64,000 nucleotides of DNA from Thermodesulfobacteriota bacterium (GCA_965202785.1 OZ241855.1:1408001-1472000); one strand, 5' to 3'; shown: positions 42,297 to 51,513, counted from the stretch's first letter. Numbers and translations are program-made. Notes: generated by a model not told the origin, from the sequence alone.

Positions 42297-43607
42297 TTGA
42301 ACCCTGACAACCCCGGTCTTTTCAGACCTAAAAAAGAATCTCTTCCTCTTCCCGAGAGAATGAGACCCGAGAGTATACAAGAAATGGTAGGTCAGGAGCA
42401 TCTGATAGGACCTGAAGGGCTTGTTACGAAAACTCTTGAAGCCGGAGGAGTGCATTCCATGATATTCTGGGGTCCTCCTGGGACGGGTAAAACGACTCTT
42501 TCAAGGCTTATCGCGGGCAGGGCGGGCGCAAGATTCATACAGATAAATGCGATTTCCTCCGGAGTCAGGGAACTTAGGGATATCGTAGCGGACGCGAGGG
42601 ATGCCCTTTACTCCGGGCGCAAGACCGTGCTTTTCATTGACGAGATACACAGATTCAACAAGGCACAGCAGGCGGCGCTTCTAAAAAGCGTCGAAGAAGG
42701 GGTCTTGGTGCTTATAGGGGCTACCACTGAGAATCCTTCGTTTGAAGTCATAAGTCCTCTTCTTTCCCGCTGTCAGGTTTATGTTCTTGATCCGCTTTCG
42801 GCACAGGACCTTGAACACATACTCGAAAAAGCTTTCTCCGAGGAAAAACTTATCGGGGATACCAATATCTCGGTTGAGGCTCGTGGCGAACTCATCGCTC
42901 TTTGCGGTGGAGACGCCAGAGTCATGCTGAACGCTCTTGAAGTCGCCTCTTCCCTTGTTCGTTCAAAGGAACTTTCCGAGATTGATACCGATCTGGTAAA
43001 GGAAATTTTTCAGAAAACCGGCCTTCTCTACGACAGGGCTGGGGAGGAGCACTACAATACGATTTCCGCTTTCATAAAAAGCGTCAGGGGAAGCGACCCC
43101 GACGCGGCGGTCTATTATCTGGCCAGAATGCTTGAGGCGGGAGAGGATCCGAAGTTCATCGCCAGGCGTCTTGTGATACTTGCTTCAGAGGATATTGGAA
43201 ACGCCGAACCTTACGCGCTTACCCTTGCGACCGACTGCTTCACGGCGGTTAATTACGTGGGGATGCCTGAGAGCAGGATAATCCTCTCTCAGGTTACAAC
43301 CTATCTTGCAAGCTGTCCCAAGAGTAACGCTGCATACAGGGCGATAAAGAAGGCCGAAAACGATGTGAGAAAAAATCCGGGACTCCAGATTCCGCTTCAC
43401 CTGAGAAACGCCCCCACGAAACTCATGAAGGATCTCGGCTACAAAAAGGGCTACAAGTACGCCCACGACTACGAAGACCATTTTGTCGAAGACGATTTTC
43501 TTCCCGAGGAGATAAAAGACAGCGTTTACTACGAACCCACGGACAAGGGAAGGGAGGCGAATCTCAAGAAGTATCTGGATGCCAGGTGGAAAAAGAGAAA
43601 AAAGTGA
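42297..43607 (+). CDS. rarA: Replication-associated recombination protein A
   Basis: GPPGTGKT, FIDEIHRFNKAQQ, GATTENP, SAFIKSVRGSD, SEDIG. Confidence 0.97.
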   Translation: MNPDNPGLFRPKKESLPLPERMRPESIQEMVGQEHLIGPEGLVTKTLEAGGVHSMIFWGPPGTGKTTLSRLIAGRAGARFIQINAISSGVRELRDIVADARDALYSGRKTVLFIDEIHRFNKAQQAALLKSVEEGVLVLIGATTENPSFEVISPLLSRCQVYVLDPLSAQDLEHILEKAFSEEKLIGDTNISVEARGELIALCGGDARVMLNALEVASSLVRSKELSEIDTDLVKEIFQKTGLLYDRAGEEHYNTISAFIKSVRGSDPDAAVYYLARMLEAGEDPKFIARRLVILASEDIGNAEPYALTLATDCFTAVNYVGMPESRIILSQVTTYLASCPKSNAAYRAIKKAENDVRKNPGLQIPLHLRNAPTKLMKDLGYKKGYKYAHDYEDHFVEDDFLPEEIKDSVYYEPTDKGREANLKKYLDARWKKRKK

Positions 43608-43616
43608 CTGGGAAGA

Positions 43617-44021
43617 TCAGCCTTTTCTCTCTATAAGTTCGATTTTATAGGAATCGGGATCTTCGACGAAAGCTATCACTGTGGCTCCGTGTTTCATGGG
43701 CCCCGGAGCTCTGGTTACCCGCCCGCCAGCCTGTTCTATTTTCTCGCACGTCGCGTATATGTCCTCGACCCCGAACGCCATGTGTCCGTAGCCCTCTCCA
43801 AGTTCATAATGGGAGGTGCCCCAGTTATATGTAAGTTCAAGAAAAGGCTCCGTATCGCCGCCGTAACCCAGAAAGGCTAGTGTGAAGCGGCCTTCCGGAT
43901 AATCGGTTTTTCTGTGAAATTTAAGACCTATTACCTCAGTATAAAACGCGATTGACTTCTCAAGGTCGCCAACCCTTATCATTGTGTGAAGATATTGGGG
44001 AATTATATGCGATTCTACCAT
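43617..44021 (-). CDS. gloA: Lactoylglutathione lyase (glyoxalase I); first ~7 codons appear to come from the TnpB element
   Basis: [36 protein letters not shown]. Confidence 0.95.
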   Translation of the reverse strand: MVESHIIPQYLHTMIRVGDLEKSIAFYTEVIGLKFHRKTDYPEGRFTLAFLGYGGDTEPFLELTYNWGTSHYELGEGYGHMAFGVEDIYATCEKIEQAGGRVTRAPGPMKHGATVIAFVEDPDSYKIELIERKG

Positions 44022-44110
44022 CAGACAGGGAGCCTCGCATCAATTTCACGGTTCACAGGGACTGTACTAATACCAGAACCCTCCCCATGCAGTCGCGCCA
44101 TTCCCAGACG
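44001..44110 (-). ncRNA. Putative omega/reRNA scaffold (3' part) overlapping the tnpB 3' end
   Basis: Established TnpB locus architecture; hairpins AGGG..CCCT and ATGCGA..TCGCAT visible; 5' boundary unknown. Confidence 0.5.
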
Positions 44111-45247
44111 CCGTATGTTCATTGCAGCGTTTGTGTCCGCATTGGAAGCAAACCCGCAATCAACACATAGGAACCGTGCTTGAGATTTACGGTTCTCTCT
44201 ATCTGTATGCCCGCATTCGGAGCATGTCTGACTCGTATATGCGGGATTTACTTTTATAATCCTCCCGCACTTGTATTCAAGATTCCTTTTGATTTCCCCG
44301 AATGCGGTATCAAGTATTACTCTGTTAAGACCCGCCTTCTTTCTCACGTTCTTCCCCGGATTCTCTACGGTTCCTTTGGCGGAAGCGGTCATGTTGTTTA
44401 CCTTCAGGTCCTCCACTATCGCTGTCCCGCATTTCTCCGCAATTTCCTTTGTGGTCTTGTGAATCCAGCTCTTGCGGATGTTCGCGATCTTCCTGCTTAC
44501 CTTTCGGAGCTTCTTCTTCGTATCCTTCCTTCTATTGGAACCCTTGACCTGCCGGGCCATCCTTCTCTGGTACCGCTTCCGCCTTCTCTCTTTTTTCTCT
44601 AGGTCAGGCAGGAAGTAGAAATGCCCGTCCGAGGTGGCGACCTGCCGTGCATTCATGTCAATGCCTAGGACCTCCCCCACATCGGGTTGTCTCTTTACTT
44701 CCACTTCATAGAAGACAAAGGCTCTCCACCGGTGTCCGTCGTGGCGGAGCACCACCTGCTTGGGCGTGCTATTCTCATAAGGGTTCCCGCCCCTTCGGGT
44801 GAGCTTCATCCAGCCGACCAAGGGAACGCGAAGCAGGGAGTACTTCCCGTCAAGTTTCCTTATCCTGAAATTGCCCGTGTCGGGGAGTGTGAAGCCGGGG
44901 AAGGTCTTTGCCCTGCTCTTGGGTTTCGGGAAGCCTTTGTTGCCCGCTGTCGCTTCTTTAAGTGCGTCCGCAAAATACTTGAGGGAGTATCTGACCGGAG
45001 CAAAGGGAAGTTCTTGAAGCCAGTCCGTCTCATTCCTCAGCTTGGTGAACTCCATGCTGAGACTGAAGAAGCTGATCCACGGTCTCCTCCCTTTGCTGTG
45101 CTTGAATGCTTGATAGTCGGCAAGGTTCTTGTTGCGGAAATGGTTCCAGACGTACCGACAGGCTCCCGCAATCTGGAACATCTTCCTTGCCTTCGCTTTC
45201 GTGGTAGGCAGGACGAGAAACTCCACTGTGCGTATTTCCTTAATCAT
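44021..45247 (-). CDS. tnpB: RNA-guided endonuclease TnpB (IS200/IS605/IS607 superfamily)
   Basis: N-terminal GACRYVWN; RuvC motifs GIDMN, IVEDL, NADTNAA; Zn finger CSEC..CVDC. Confidence 0.95.
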   Translation of the reverse strand: MIKEIRTVEFLVLPTTKAKARKMFQIAGACRYVWNHFRNKNLADYQAFKHSKGRRPWISFFSLSMEFTKLRNETDWLQELPFAPVRYSLKYFADALKEATAGNKGFPKPKSRAKTFPGFTLPDTGNFRIRKLDGKYSLLRVPLVGWMKLTRRGGNPYENSTPKQVVLRHDGHRWRAFVFYEVEVKRQPDVGEVLGIDMNARQVATSDGHFYFLPDLEKKERRRKRYQRRMARQVKGSNRRKDTKKKLRKVSRKIANIRKSWIHKTTKEIAEKCGTAIVEDLKVNNMTASAKGTVENPGKNVRKKAGLNRVILDTAFGEIKRNLEYKCGRIIKVNPAYTSQTCSECGHTDRENRKSQARFLCVDCGFASNADTNAAMNIRRLGMARLHGEGSGISTVPVNREIDARLPV

Positions 45248-45342
45248 TACAGTGCATTATACCCGATCCCGGTAGGATTATATATAATTCTTATTATACT
45301 CTTGTGATCTCCTGAGCGATAAATAGACCAGAGGCGTGTGAG

Positions 45343-45483
45343 ATGACCGGAAAGAAAGTCAAAAAACCGAAAACCAGAAAGCCTGTAGCCAAGAAACCCG
45401 GCAAGGTTATCCCCTCGAGAAAAGATGTCGAGACCAAGAAAAGATTCAGGAAACCGGACTGGGAAAAGGAAATCAAGAAATAA
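45343..45483 (+). CDS. Small Lys-rich protein (46 aa), not in the ORF track
   Basis: MTGKKVKKPKTRKPVAKKPGKVIPSRKDVETKKRFRKPDWEKEIKK*; AGAGG 8 nt upstream; stops 4 nt before the next ATG. Confidence 0.6.
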   Translation: MTGKKVKKPKTRKPVAKKPGKVIPSRKDVETKKRFRKPDWEKEIKK

Positions 45484-45487
45484 GCTC

Positions 45488-46543
45488 ATGGGGACTTCCG
45501 AGAACTTAAAAGCGGGGATAACCGGGGCGACGGGTTTTATCGGCGGCAAGCTCGCTGAAAAACTCGCAGATGACGGCTTTTCAATAAAATGCCTCGTAAG
45601 GGAAACAAGCGATACCGAGAAGCTGCGTTCCCTGGGTGCGGAGCTTGTCCACGGAGACCTTTGCGACTCCAGTTCGCTTCAAGCTTTTCCGGAAGAGTGC
45701 GATTACGTTTTTCATCTTGCTTCCAAAGTTTCTGACTGGGGACCGAGGGATGATTTTTTCAGGCAGAACGTTGAGGCGACGGAAACTCTTCTTGACTCTT
45801 CACGCGAGGCTGGGGTGAAAAGGTTCGTCTACATGAGTTCCTCTACCGTGATCTGGAATGCTTCTTTTCTGGGGACTGTCAACCTCAAGGATATAGATGA
45901 GACTTATCCCTACCCAAAGAGCCACCATAATTTTTATAATGAAACCAAGGCCTTATCCGAAAAACTTGTGAGAGAATATAACGGACGGGGAGGTATGGAA
46001 ACGGTCATATTAAGACCGTCAAACGTCTGGGGAGCCGGCGACACGGTCATACTTCCCAGAATAGCCGATGCCTGCCTGAAGGGGCTTTTGGTTAACATGG
46101 GTTTCAACAAAAAAATCGTTTCTCCATGCCATGTACTTAATCTGGTTCACGCCGCGGTGCTCTCGGCTCTTTCTCCCGCCGGAGCGGGCAATATCTACTT
46201 TGTAAACGATGGGGCGCGGATTGATAACCGCCGTTTTGTCTCAGATCAACTCTCTTCAATAGGAATTAAGTGGGAGACGGGAATCACCATACCTTATACC
46301 CTCGGGTATGCGGTTGCCTTCATTCTTGAGAAAATCTTTGAATTCAGGAAATCAAAAACTCCTCCTGTGCTTACCCGCTTCGGCGTTTCCGCTCTTTCAA
46401 AAAGTAGAACCTACAGCATAGAGAAGGCTAGAGGGGATTTAGGGTATGAACCGGTGTGCGGTTATGAGGAGGGAATGAAAGGGCTTGGGAAGTGGATTTC
46501 AGAGATCGGCGGTTATGAAAAACTCTTGGGAAAAGGGGAATGA
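45488..46543 (+). CDS. NAD-dependent epimerase/dehydratase (3-beta-HSD-like extended SDR)
   Basis: ITGATGFIG, VFHLAS, YNETK (YxxxK), LRPSNVWG. Confidence 0.88.
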   Translation: MGTSENLKAGITGATGFIGGKLAEKLADDGFSIKCLVRETSDTEKLRSLGAELVHGDLCDSSSLQAFPEECDYVFHLASKVSDWGPRDDFFRQNVEATETLLDSSREAGVKRFVYMSSSTVIWNASFLGTVNLKDIDETYPYPKSHHNFYNETKALSEKLVREYNGRGGMETVILRPSNVWGAGDTVILPRIADACLKGLLVNMGFNKKIVSPCHVLNLVHAAVLSALSPAGAGNIYFVNDGARIDNRRFVSDQLSSIGIKWETGITIPYTLGYAVAFILEKIFEFRKSKTPPVLTRFGVSALSKSRTYSIEKARGDLGYEPVCGYEEGMKGLGKWISEIGGYEKLLGKGE

Positions 46544-46544
46544 T

Positions 46545-47267
46545 ATGCAGAGCGGCACCTTTGCGATAGAAACCAGAGGACTTGAAAAGCAGTTCGGGTT
46601 TTTCCCCGTGCTTATGGGAGTAGATCTTGCCGTCAAGCAGGGGGAGTTTCTCACAATCTTCGGTCCCAATGGCGCCGGAAAGTCCACCTTGCTTTCTATT
46701 CTTTCGACTTTTATAAAACCCGGAGGTGGAGAGGTCCTTATAGCGGGTTTTGACGTTTCGAGGGAAAAGCAGCGAATAAGGAAGCTGATAGGCTTCATCT
46801 CCCATAACACGATGCTTTATGAAAACCTTACCGCCTTGGAGAACCTCGAATTTATAGGTGCGTTCTATGACGTGACGGATCTTAAGGAGAAATGCTTAGA
46901 TATTCTTCAGAAAGTAGAACTGTATGCTAAAAAGGACGCGCTTGTAAGCACCCTTTCTTTCGGGACGCGCCAGCGTCTTGCTATTGCCAGGACGCTTCTT
47001 CACGACCCGCGGATACTTTTTCTGGATGAACCGTACAGCGGGCTTGATTACGGCGGAGCCGCCATTCTTACTTCGATTCTCGGTTCAATGAAAGCGGACA
47101 AAACCATAGTCATGACGACCCATAATGTCTACGAGGGGCTTTCCCTGTGCGACAAGGTTGCGATTCTTGATCATGGAGAGGTGGTCTATCGGTCTGCACA
47201 GAAACCCGCCCGCGATGAGTTTCAGGATATTTACATGTCTTGCGTCAGAAGCGGTGGCGGGCAGTGA
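46545..47267 (+). CDS. ccmA: Heme ABC exporter ATP-binding subunit
   Basis: GPNGAGKST, LTALENL, LDEP; first gene of the ccm cluster. Confidence 0.88.
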   Translation: MQSGTFAIETRGLEKQFGFFPVLMGVDLAVKQGEFLTIFGPNGAGKSTLLSILSTFIKPGGGEVLIAGFDVSREKQRIRKLIGFISHNTMLYENLTALENLEFIGAFYDVTDLKEKCLDILQKVELYAKKDALVSTLSFGTRQRLAIARTLLHDPRILFLDEPYSGLDYGGAAILTSILGSMKADKTIVMTTHNVYEGLSLCDKVAILDHGEVVYRSAQKPARDEFQDIYMSCVRSGGGQ

Positions 47268-47962
47268 AAAAGATACTTCTTATATTCAGAAAGGATTTCT
47301 TGGTGGAGTGGCGTTCAAAGCAGATATTCCCCACGATGTTCGTATTTTCGCTTCTGCTTCTTCTGGTATTCAATGTTGCTTTTGAGTTTCGCTCGGATAT
47401 TGATTTCCGGACTGTATCGGCCGTTATATGGATAACCTTTATTTTTTCGGGCTTGCTGGCTCTTGGAAGATCTTTTTCGCTTGAAAAGGAAAATAATGCC
47501 TTTGCGTTTCTTCTTCTGACTCCTGTAAGCAGAAGCTATATCTATCTTGGAAAACTGCTTTCAAACGTAGTTATGGTCCTTGTATCGGAGCTTTTCATAC
47601 TTCCGCTTTTCCTTCTGTTTTTTCTTTTTGACGCAAAAGGAATTCCACTTTCACTGACGAGTGTCATACTTCCTTTTCTCGGGGTTATGGTGCTTGGAAC
47701 GATAGGATTTGTCTCTCTTGGCACCTTCTTTTCTTCGATGGCTCTTAATACCAAGTTCCGTGATATGATGCTTCCCCTGCTGGTTTTTCCCCTCATCATA
47801 CCTGTTGTTATCACCTCAGTTGGAATATGCTCTTCAATACTGGAAGGAAGACCTCCAAGTTACTACGCTTTTTCTTTGCAGGTGCTGGTTTCCTTCGATA
47901 TAATCTTCATCCTTTTATGCTCTATTCTGTTTGAGTATCTTATTGAGGATAGCGGGGACTGA
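47264..47962 (+). CDS. ccmB: Heme exporter protein B
   Basis: F..EKEN, LLPLLVFPLIIPV-type motif, about 6 TM segments. Confidence 0.9.
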   Translation: MKKILLIFRKDFLVEWRSKQIFPTMFVFSLLLLLVFNVAFEFRSDIDFRTVSAVIWITFIFSGLLALGRSFSLEKENNAFAFLLLTPVSRSYIYLGKLLSNVVMVLVSELFILPLFLLFFLFDAKGIPLSLTSVILPFLGVMVLGTIGFVSLGTFFSSMALNTKFRDMMLPLLVFPLIIPVVITSVGICSSILEGRPPSYYAFSLQVLVSFDIIFILLCSILFEYLIEDSGD

Positions 47963-47982
47963 CCCGTTTCCTTTTAAAAAAA

Positions 47983-48642
47983 ATGCGAAACATACTGTTT
48001 TTCCTGACGTTTGCGCTGATGGTTCTTGCTACCTGGATGACGCTTTTTTACGCGCCTACAGAGGTAGTTATGGGTCATGTGCAGAGGATCTTCTATTTCC
48101 ATATGGGTACGGTCTGGGCCGCCACGGTTGCGTTTACGGTGGTTTTCGTGGCGAGCATCTACTACTTGGTAAAAGAGACGGCGAAATGGGATACGCTCGC
48201 CTACTGCTCGGCCGAGATAGGCATGCTGCTTCTTACCCTTACGATCATCACCGGGAGCATATGGGCAAAACCGGTCTGGGGAACCTGGTGGACGTGGGAT
48301 CCGCAGCTGACGACCACGTTTATCCTCTGGGTTCTCTACGCTGTTTATCTGATTTTGCGCTCCGGTGCCGGTGGAGGTGGGAAGAAGGCAAGATACTCGG
48401 CCATATTCGCCATAATAGCCTACGTGGACCTTCCCGTGGTCTATGTCTCGGCCCGTATAAAAAGGGGCATATCGCCCGTGGTCTTCGGACCTGGGGGAGG
48501 GGGCATAGATCCCGCCATGATGCACACCCTTTTGGTCACGCTGCTGGGATTCACGCTTCTTTTCGTTTTACTTCTTGGCGAAAGAACAAGGATAATGAAC
48601 ATGGAAAATTCTCTTTACGCCCGGGGCGGGCAAGGCGGGTAA
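47983..48642 (+). CDS. ccmC: Heme exporter protein C
   Basis: RIFYFH; WWD domain WAKPVWGTWWTWDP. Confidence 0.92.
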   Translation: MRNILFFLTFALMVLATWMTLFYAPTEVVMGHVQRIFYFHMGTVWAATVAFTVVFVASIYYLVKETAKWDTLAYCSAEIGMLLLTLTIITGSIWAKPVWGTWWTWDPQLTTTFILWVLYAVYLILRSGAGGGGKKARYSAIFAIIAYVDLPVVYVSARIKRGISPVVFGPGGGGIDPAMMHTLLVTLLGFTLLFVLLLGERTRIMNMENSLYARGGQGG

Positions 48643-48648
48643 TCTGAG

Positions 48649-48789
48649 ATGGAATATTTTCTCTGGTCAAGCATAGTGGTCTGGGGTTCGCTTATCGCTT
48701 ACGTGCTCTACCTGCGCGCGAAGTCAGATTCGGTAAGGAAAAAGCTGCTCTCAGGCGGGGACGGCCCCGGAAGCGGAGGTGAAGGTTGA
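48649..48789 (+). CDS. ccmD: CcmD-like small membrane protein (46 aa), not in the ORF track
   Basis: MEYFLWSSIVVWGSLIAYVLYLRAKSDSVRKKL..; single TM plus basic tail, between ccmC and ccmE. Confidence 0.78.
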   Translation: MEYFLWSSIVVWGSLIAYVLYLRAKSDSVRKKLLSGGDGPGSGGEG

Positions 48790-49196
48790 AGGGTAAGCTC
48801 AAATTCATTCTGCCTCTTTTGGTGATAGTTTCTTTGATTTCCTGGCTTGTCTTCGCGGGAGTCAAGGATTCCATGGTCTACTACATAACGGTTGACGAAC
48901 TGCTGGAGGACGTTCCGGACATCTACGGACAGAAGGTAAGGGTTTCTGGAACCGTGGTTCACGGTTCAATAAAGAATGAGCTAGATGATTCGCTTCGGTT
49001 TACCATAGCGGACGGGAAGGGTGAAATCGACGTCGAGTACGACGGCATAATTCCCGACATATTCACAGACGGGGTTGAGGCGGTCGTTGAGGGCAAGTTC
49101 TCAGCCGATAACGTCTTTGAGGCGGACCTGCTGCTTGCGAAGTGTCCCACCAAGTATGAATCAGAAGAAGCCCCCTACCAGAGAAAAGAAGGTTAA
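48786..49196 (+). CDS. ccmE: Heme chaperone CcmE, Cys type
   Basis: YYITVDE, PDIF, VVEG, LLAKCPTKY (CxxxY). Confidence 0.93.
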   Translation: MKGKLKFILPLLVIVSLISWLVFAGVKDSMVYYITVDELLEDVPDIYGQKVRVSGTVVHGSIKNELDDSLRFTIADGKGEIDVEYDGIIPDIFTDGVEAVVEGKFSADNVFEADLLLAKCPTKYESEEAPYQRKEG

Positions 49197-49198
49197 CA

Positions 49199-51157
49199 AT
49201 GTCTGATCTAGGAAGTATAGCCATACTTCTTTCCTTCTTTATCACCATTTACAGTCTTGCTGCCTGCGCTGTTGGTGCGAGAACGGAGAGCCGCGCGTTT
49301 GCTCAAAGCGGCGGAAACGGTATTGTCTCGGCTGCCTTTCTTCTTCTGGTAGCGGTGTGCTGTCTTGTCTATGAGCTTGTGACGCTTGATTTCTCGCTCA
49401 GGTACGTGGCGCTTAACACGAGCACCGACCTTCCCGTGATATACAGGGTGACGGCTCTTTGGGCCGGACAGGCGGGTTCTTTGCTTCTCTGGAGTTTTAT
49501 TCTCTCCCTGTATATGGCCTTCGTAGTCCTAAGGAGCAGAAAAAAGGGCGGGGACCCTTACGTAAACGCCGTTTTGTGCGCCGTTTCCGTTTTCTTCCTT
49601 TTTCTCATCGCCTATGTGGAAGACCCCTTCGAGAAGCTTGGCGTGGCGGTCGGGGAAGGTAGGGGGCTTAATCCGATTCTCCAAAACGGATACATGGCCA
49701 TCCACCCGATCACTTTGTATGTGGGATACGTGGGTATCACGGTGCCTTTTGCTTTCGGCATAGCAGCCCTGCTTAGCGGGCGCCTCGGGGACGAATGGAT
49801 AAGGAACTGCAGAAAATACGCCCTTTTTTCCTGGATGTTTCTCTCCGCGGGGCTTCTTCTCGGGGCGAGGTGGGCTTATCTTGAACTCGGCTGGGGAGGA
49901 TACTGGGCCTGGGACCCGGTTGAGAACGCCGCGTTTATGCCTTGGCTTGCGGGAACTGCGTTTCTTCACTCCGTCATGATTCAGGAGAGAAAGGCGATGC
50001 TTAAGAAATGGAACATGATTCTGCTTATAATCACCTTTTTTCTCTCAATATTCGGCACTTTCATAACCAGAAGCGGCATAGTGTCCTCGGTTCACTCCTT
50101 TGCCCGCTCAGACATAGGCCCGCTTTTTCTCGGCTTCATGGTCTTCATACTGCTTTTTTCCTTCGCTCTTCTCATCTACAGGTCAAAAGAGCTCGAAAGC
50201 GAGGAGAGGTTCGATTCCGTGCTCTCAAGAGAAAGCGCCTTTCTCTTTAACAACCTCCTTTTTCTCGCGGCGGCGTTCTCCGTGTTTCTGGGAACGATTT
50301 TCCCCGTACTCTCGGAGGCTTTCACCGGGAAGAAGATTCTCGTCGGTCCTCCTTATTTCAATGCGGTAGGAGTGCCCATAGGACTTGTTCTTATCCTGCT
50401 GATGGGAATAGGTCCGCTTATATCGTGGAAAAAGGCTTCGACGGCGAACCTCAAGAGAAATTTCGTTTTTCCCGCGGTGGTTTTTGTGGTGGTTCTCTTG
50501 GCACTTCTTGTATTCGGTCTTAGGGAACCCGTGGCGCTTTTAAGTTTCGCGCTCTGCGGATTTGTCGCTGCGACAGTGTTTCTGGAGTATTTCAGGGGCA
50601 TAAGGGTACGCAGCGGCAGGGGGGAGAACCCGGTTTCGGCATTTTTTAACCTCATCTCAAGGAACCGCAGGCGCTACGGAGGGTATATCGTTCATCTGGG
50701 AGTGGTGCTTTTGGTAATAGGAATCACGGCTTCTTCGCTGTTCGTTACTCAGAAAGAAGTTATTTTGGGAAAAGGGGATTCCTTTTCTCTTGGAAGGTAC
50801 GATCTGGTTTTCCATGGAGTGAATTTCATTTCAAACGACGCCAAGGACGGATTTTCGGCGAAACTTTCGATCGAGAACAACGGTAAAAGCGTTGCAACCA
50901 TGTATCCCGAAAAAAATATCTACAAATACGAGGGGAACAGGGAGATAAACCAGGAAACTGAGGTCGCTCTTCGTTCCACTTTCAGAGACGATCTTTATCT
51001 GATACTGTCCGAGGTCGGTGGAGGAGGAAAGGTAAACATAAGGGCTCTTCTTAACCCGATGGTTAACTGGATATGGGCAGGAGGCTTTGTTATCGTCCTT
51101 GGAGCGATTGTCACGATGTGGCCCGAGGGACGAAGAAAAAAGGAGTCTAGCGCGTGA
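49199..51157 (+). CDS. ccmF: Cytochrome c heme lyase CcmF
   Basis: GLNPILQ, IHP, WGGYWAWDPVEN, LHS, SVHSF, IVHLG. Confidence 0.96.
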   Translation: MSDLGSIAILLSFFITIYSLAACAVGARTESRAFAQSGGNGIVSAAFLLLVAVCCLVYELVTLDFSLRYVALNTSTDLPVIYRVTALWAGQAGSLLLWSFILSLYMAFVVLRSRKKGGDPYVNAVLCAVSVFFLFLIAYVEDPFEKLGVAVGEGRGLNPILQNGYMAIHPITLYVGYVGITVPFAFGIAALLSGRLGDEWIRNCRKYALFSWMFLSAGLLLGARWAYLELGWGGYWAWDPVENAAFMPWLAGTAFLHSVMIQERKAMLKKWNMILLIITFFLSIFGTFITRSGIVSSVHSFARSDIGPLFLGFMVFILLFSFALLIYRSKELESEERFDSVLSRESAFLFNNLLFLAAAFSVFLGTIFPVLSEAFTGKKILVGPPYFNAVGVPIGLVLILLMGIGPLISWKKASTANLKRNFVFPAVVFVVVLLALLVFGLREPVALLSFALCGFVAATVFLEYFRGIRVRSGRGENPVSAFFNLISRNRRRYGGYIVHLGVVLLVIGITASSLFVTQKEVILGKGDSFSLGRYDLVFHGVNFISNDAKDGFSAKLSIENNGKSVATMYPEKNIYKYEGNREINQETEVALRSTFRDDLYLILSEVGGGGKVNIRALLNPMVNWIWAGGFVIVLGAIVTMWPEGRRKKESSA

Positions 51158-51501
51158 GTGAATACGTAATTTCTCTTCTGCTTGTGGTGCTGGTCTCGGT
51201 TTTTACCCTTTACCCTCTTTTTCTGGGTCGCAGGAAGCCGGGCGTAACGGATAGTTCCGAGGTTAGCCGGCTTGAGCAGCTTTACGAGAGAAGAGACCTT
51301 TATTATTCCTCCATAAAGGACATAGAGCTTGACCGTGATATGGGCAAACTCAGCGAGCAGGACTACGCCGAGCTTATATCAAGGTACAAGGAGAAAGCGG
51401 CGAGTGTTACAAAGCTGATATCGGAACTTCAATCGACGGAGAAAAACGAAAAAACCGAAGAGGAAATGAAGACATCTCCTTTTGAGACTCCCGTTTCGTA
51501 A
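51154..51501 (+). CDS. Membrane-anchored protein resembling the CcmI N-terminal segment
   Basis: N-terminal TM, then IKDIELDRDMGKLSEQDY; GTGA overlap with ccmF. Confidence 0.6.
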   Translation: MSEYVISLLLVVLVSVFTLYPLFLGRRKPGVTDSSEVSRLEQLYERRDLYYSSIKDIELDRDMGKLSEQDYAELISRYKEKAASVTKLISELQSTEKNEKTEEEMKTSPFETPVS

Positions 51502-51513
51502 TCTGCTGGAACC

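Larger units (their letters stand above)
44000..45290 (-). mobile_element. Non-autonomous TnpB-only (IS1341-like) element; ends approximate
   Basis: Single tnpB with no tnpA; right-end hairpin ATGCGA/TCGCAT (44007-44040); sits at the gloA 5' end. Confidence 0.7.

Noticed and set aside
44021-45247. Nuclease-dead TnpB-derived repressor (TldR)
   Set aside because: All three RuvC acidic residues and the Zn finger are present.
45247-45549. 100-aa minus-strand ORF abutting tnpB as a possible tnpA
   Set aside because: No HUH/Y1 or serine-recombinase motifs; it is the antisense of the Lys-rich ORF and the epimerase start.
47931-48647. 238-aa alternative-frame ORF overlapping ccmC
   Set aside because: No recognisable domain; a frame shadow of ccmC.
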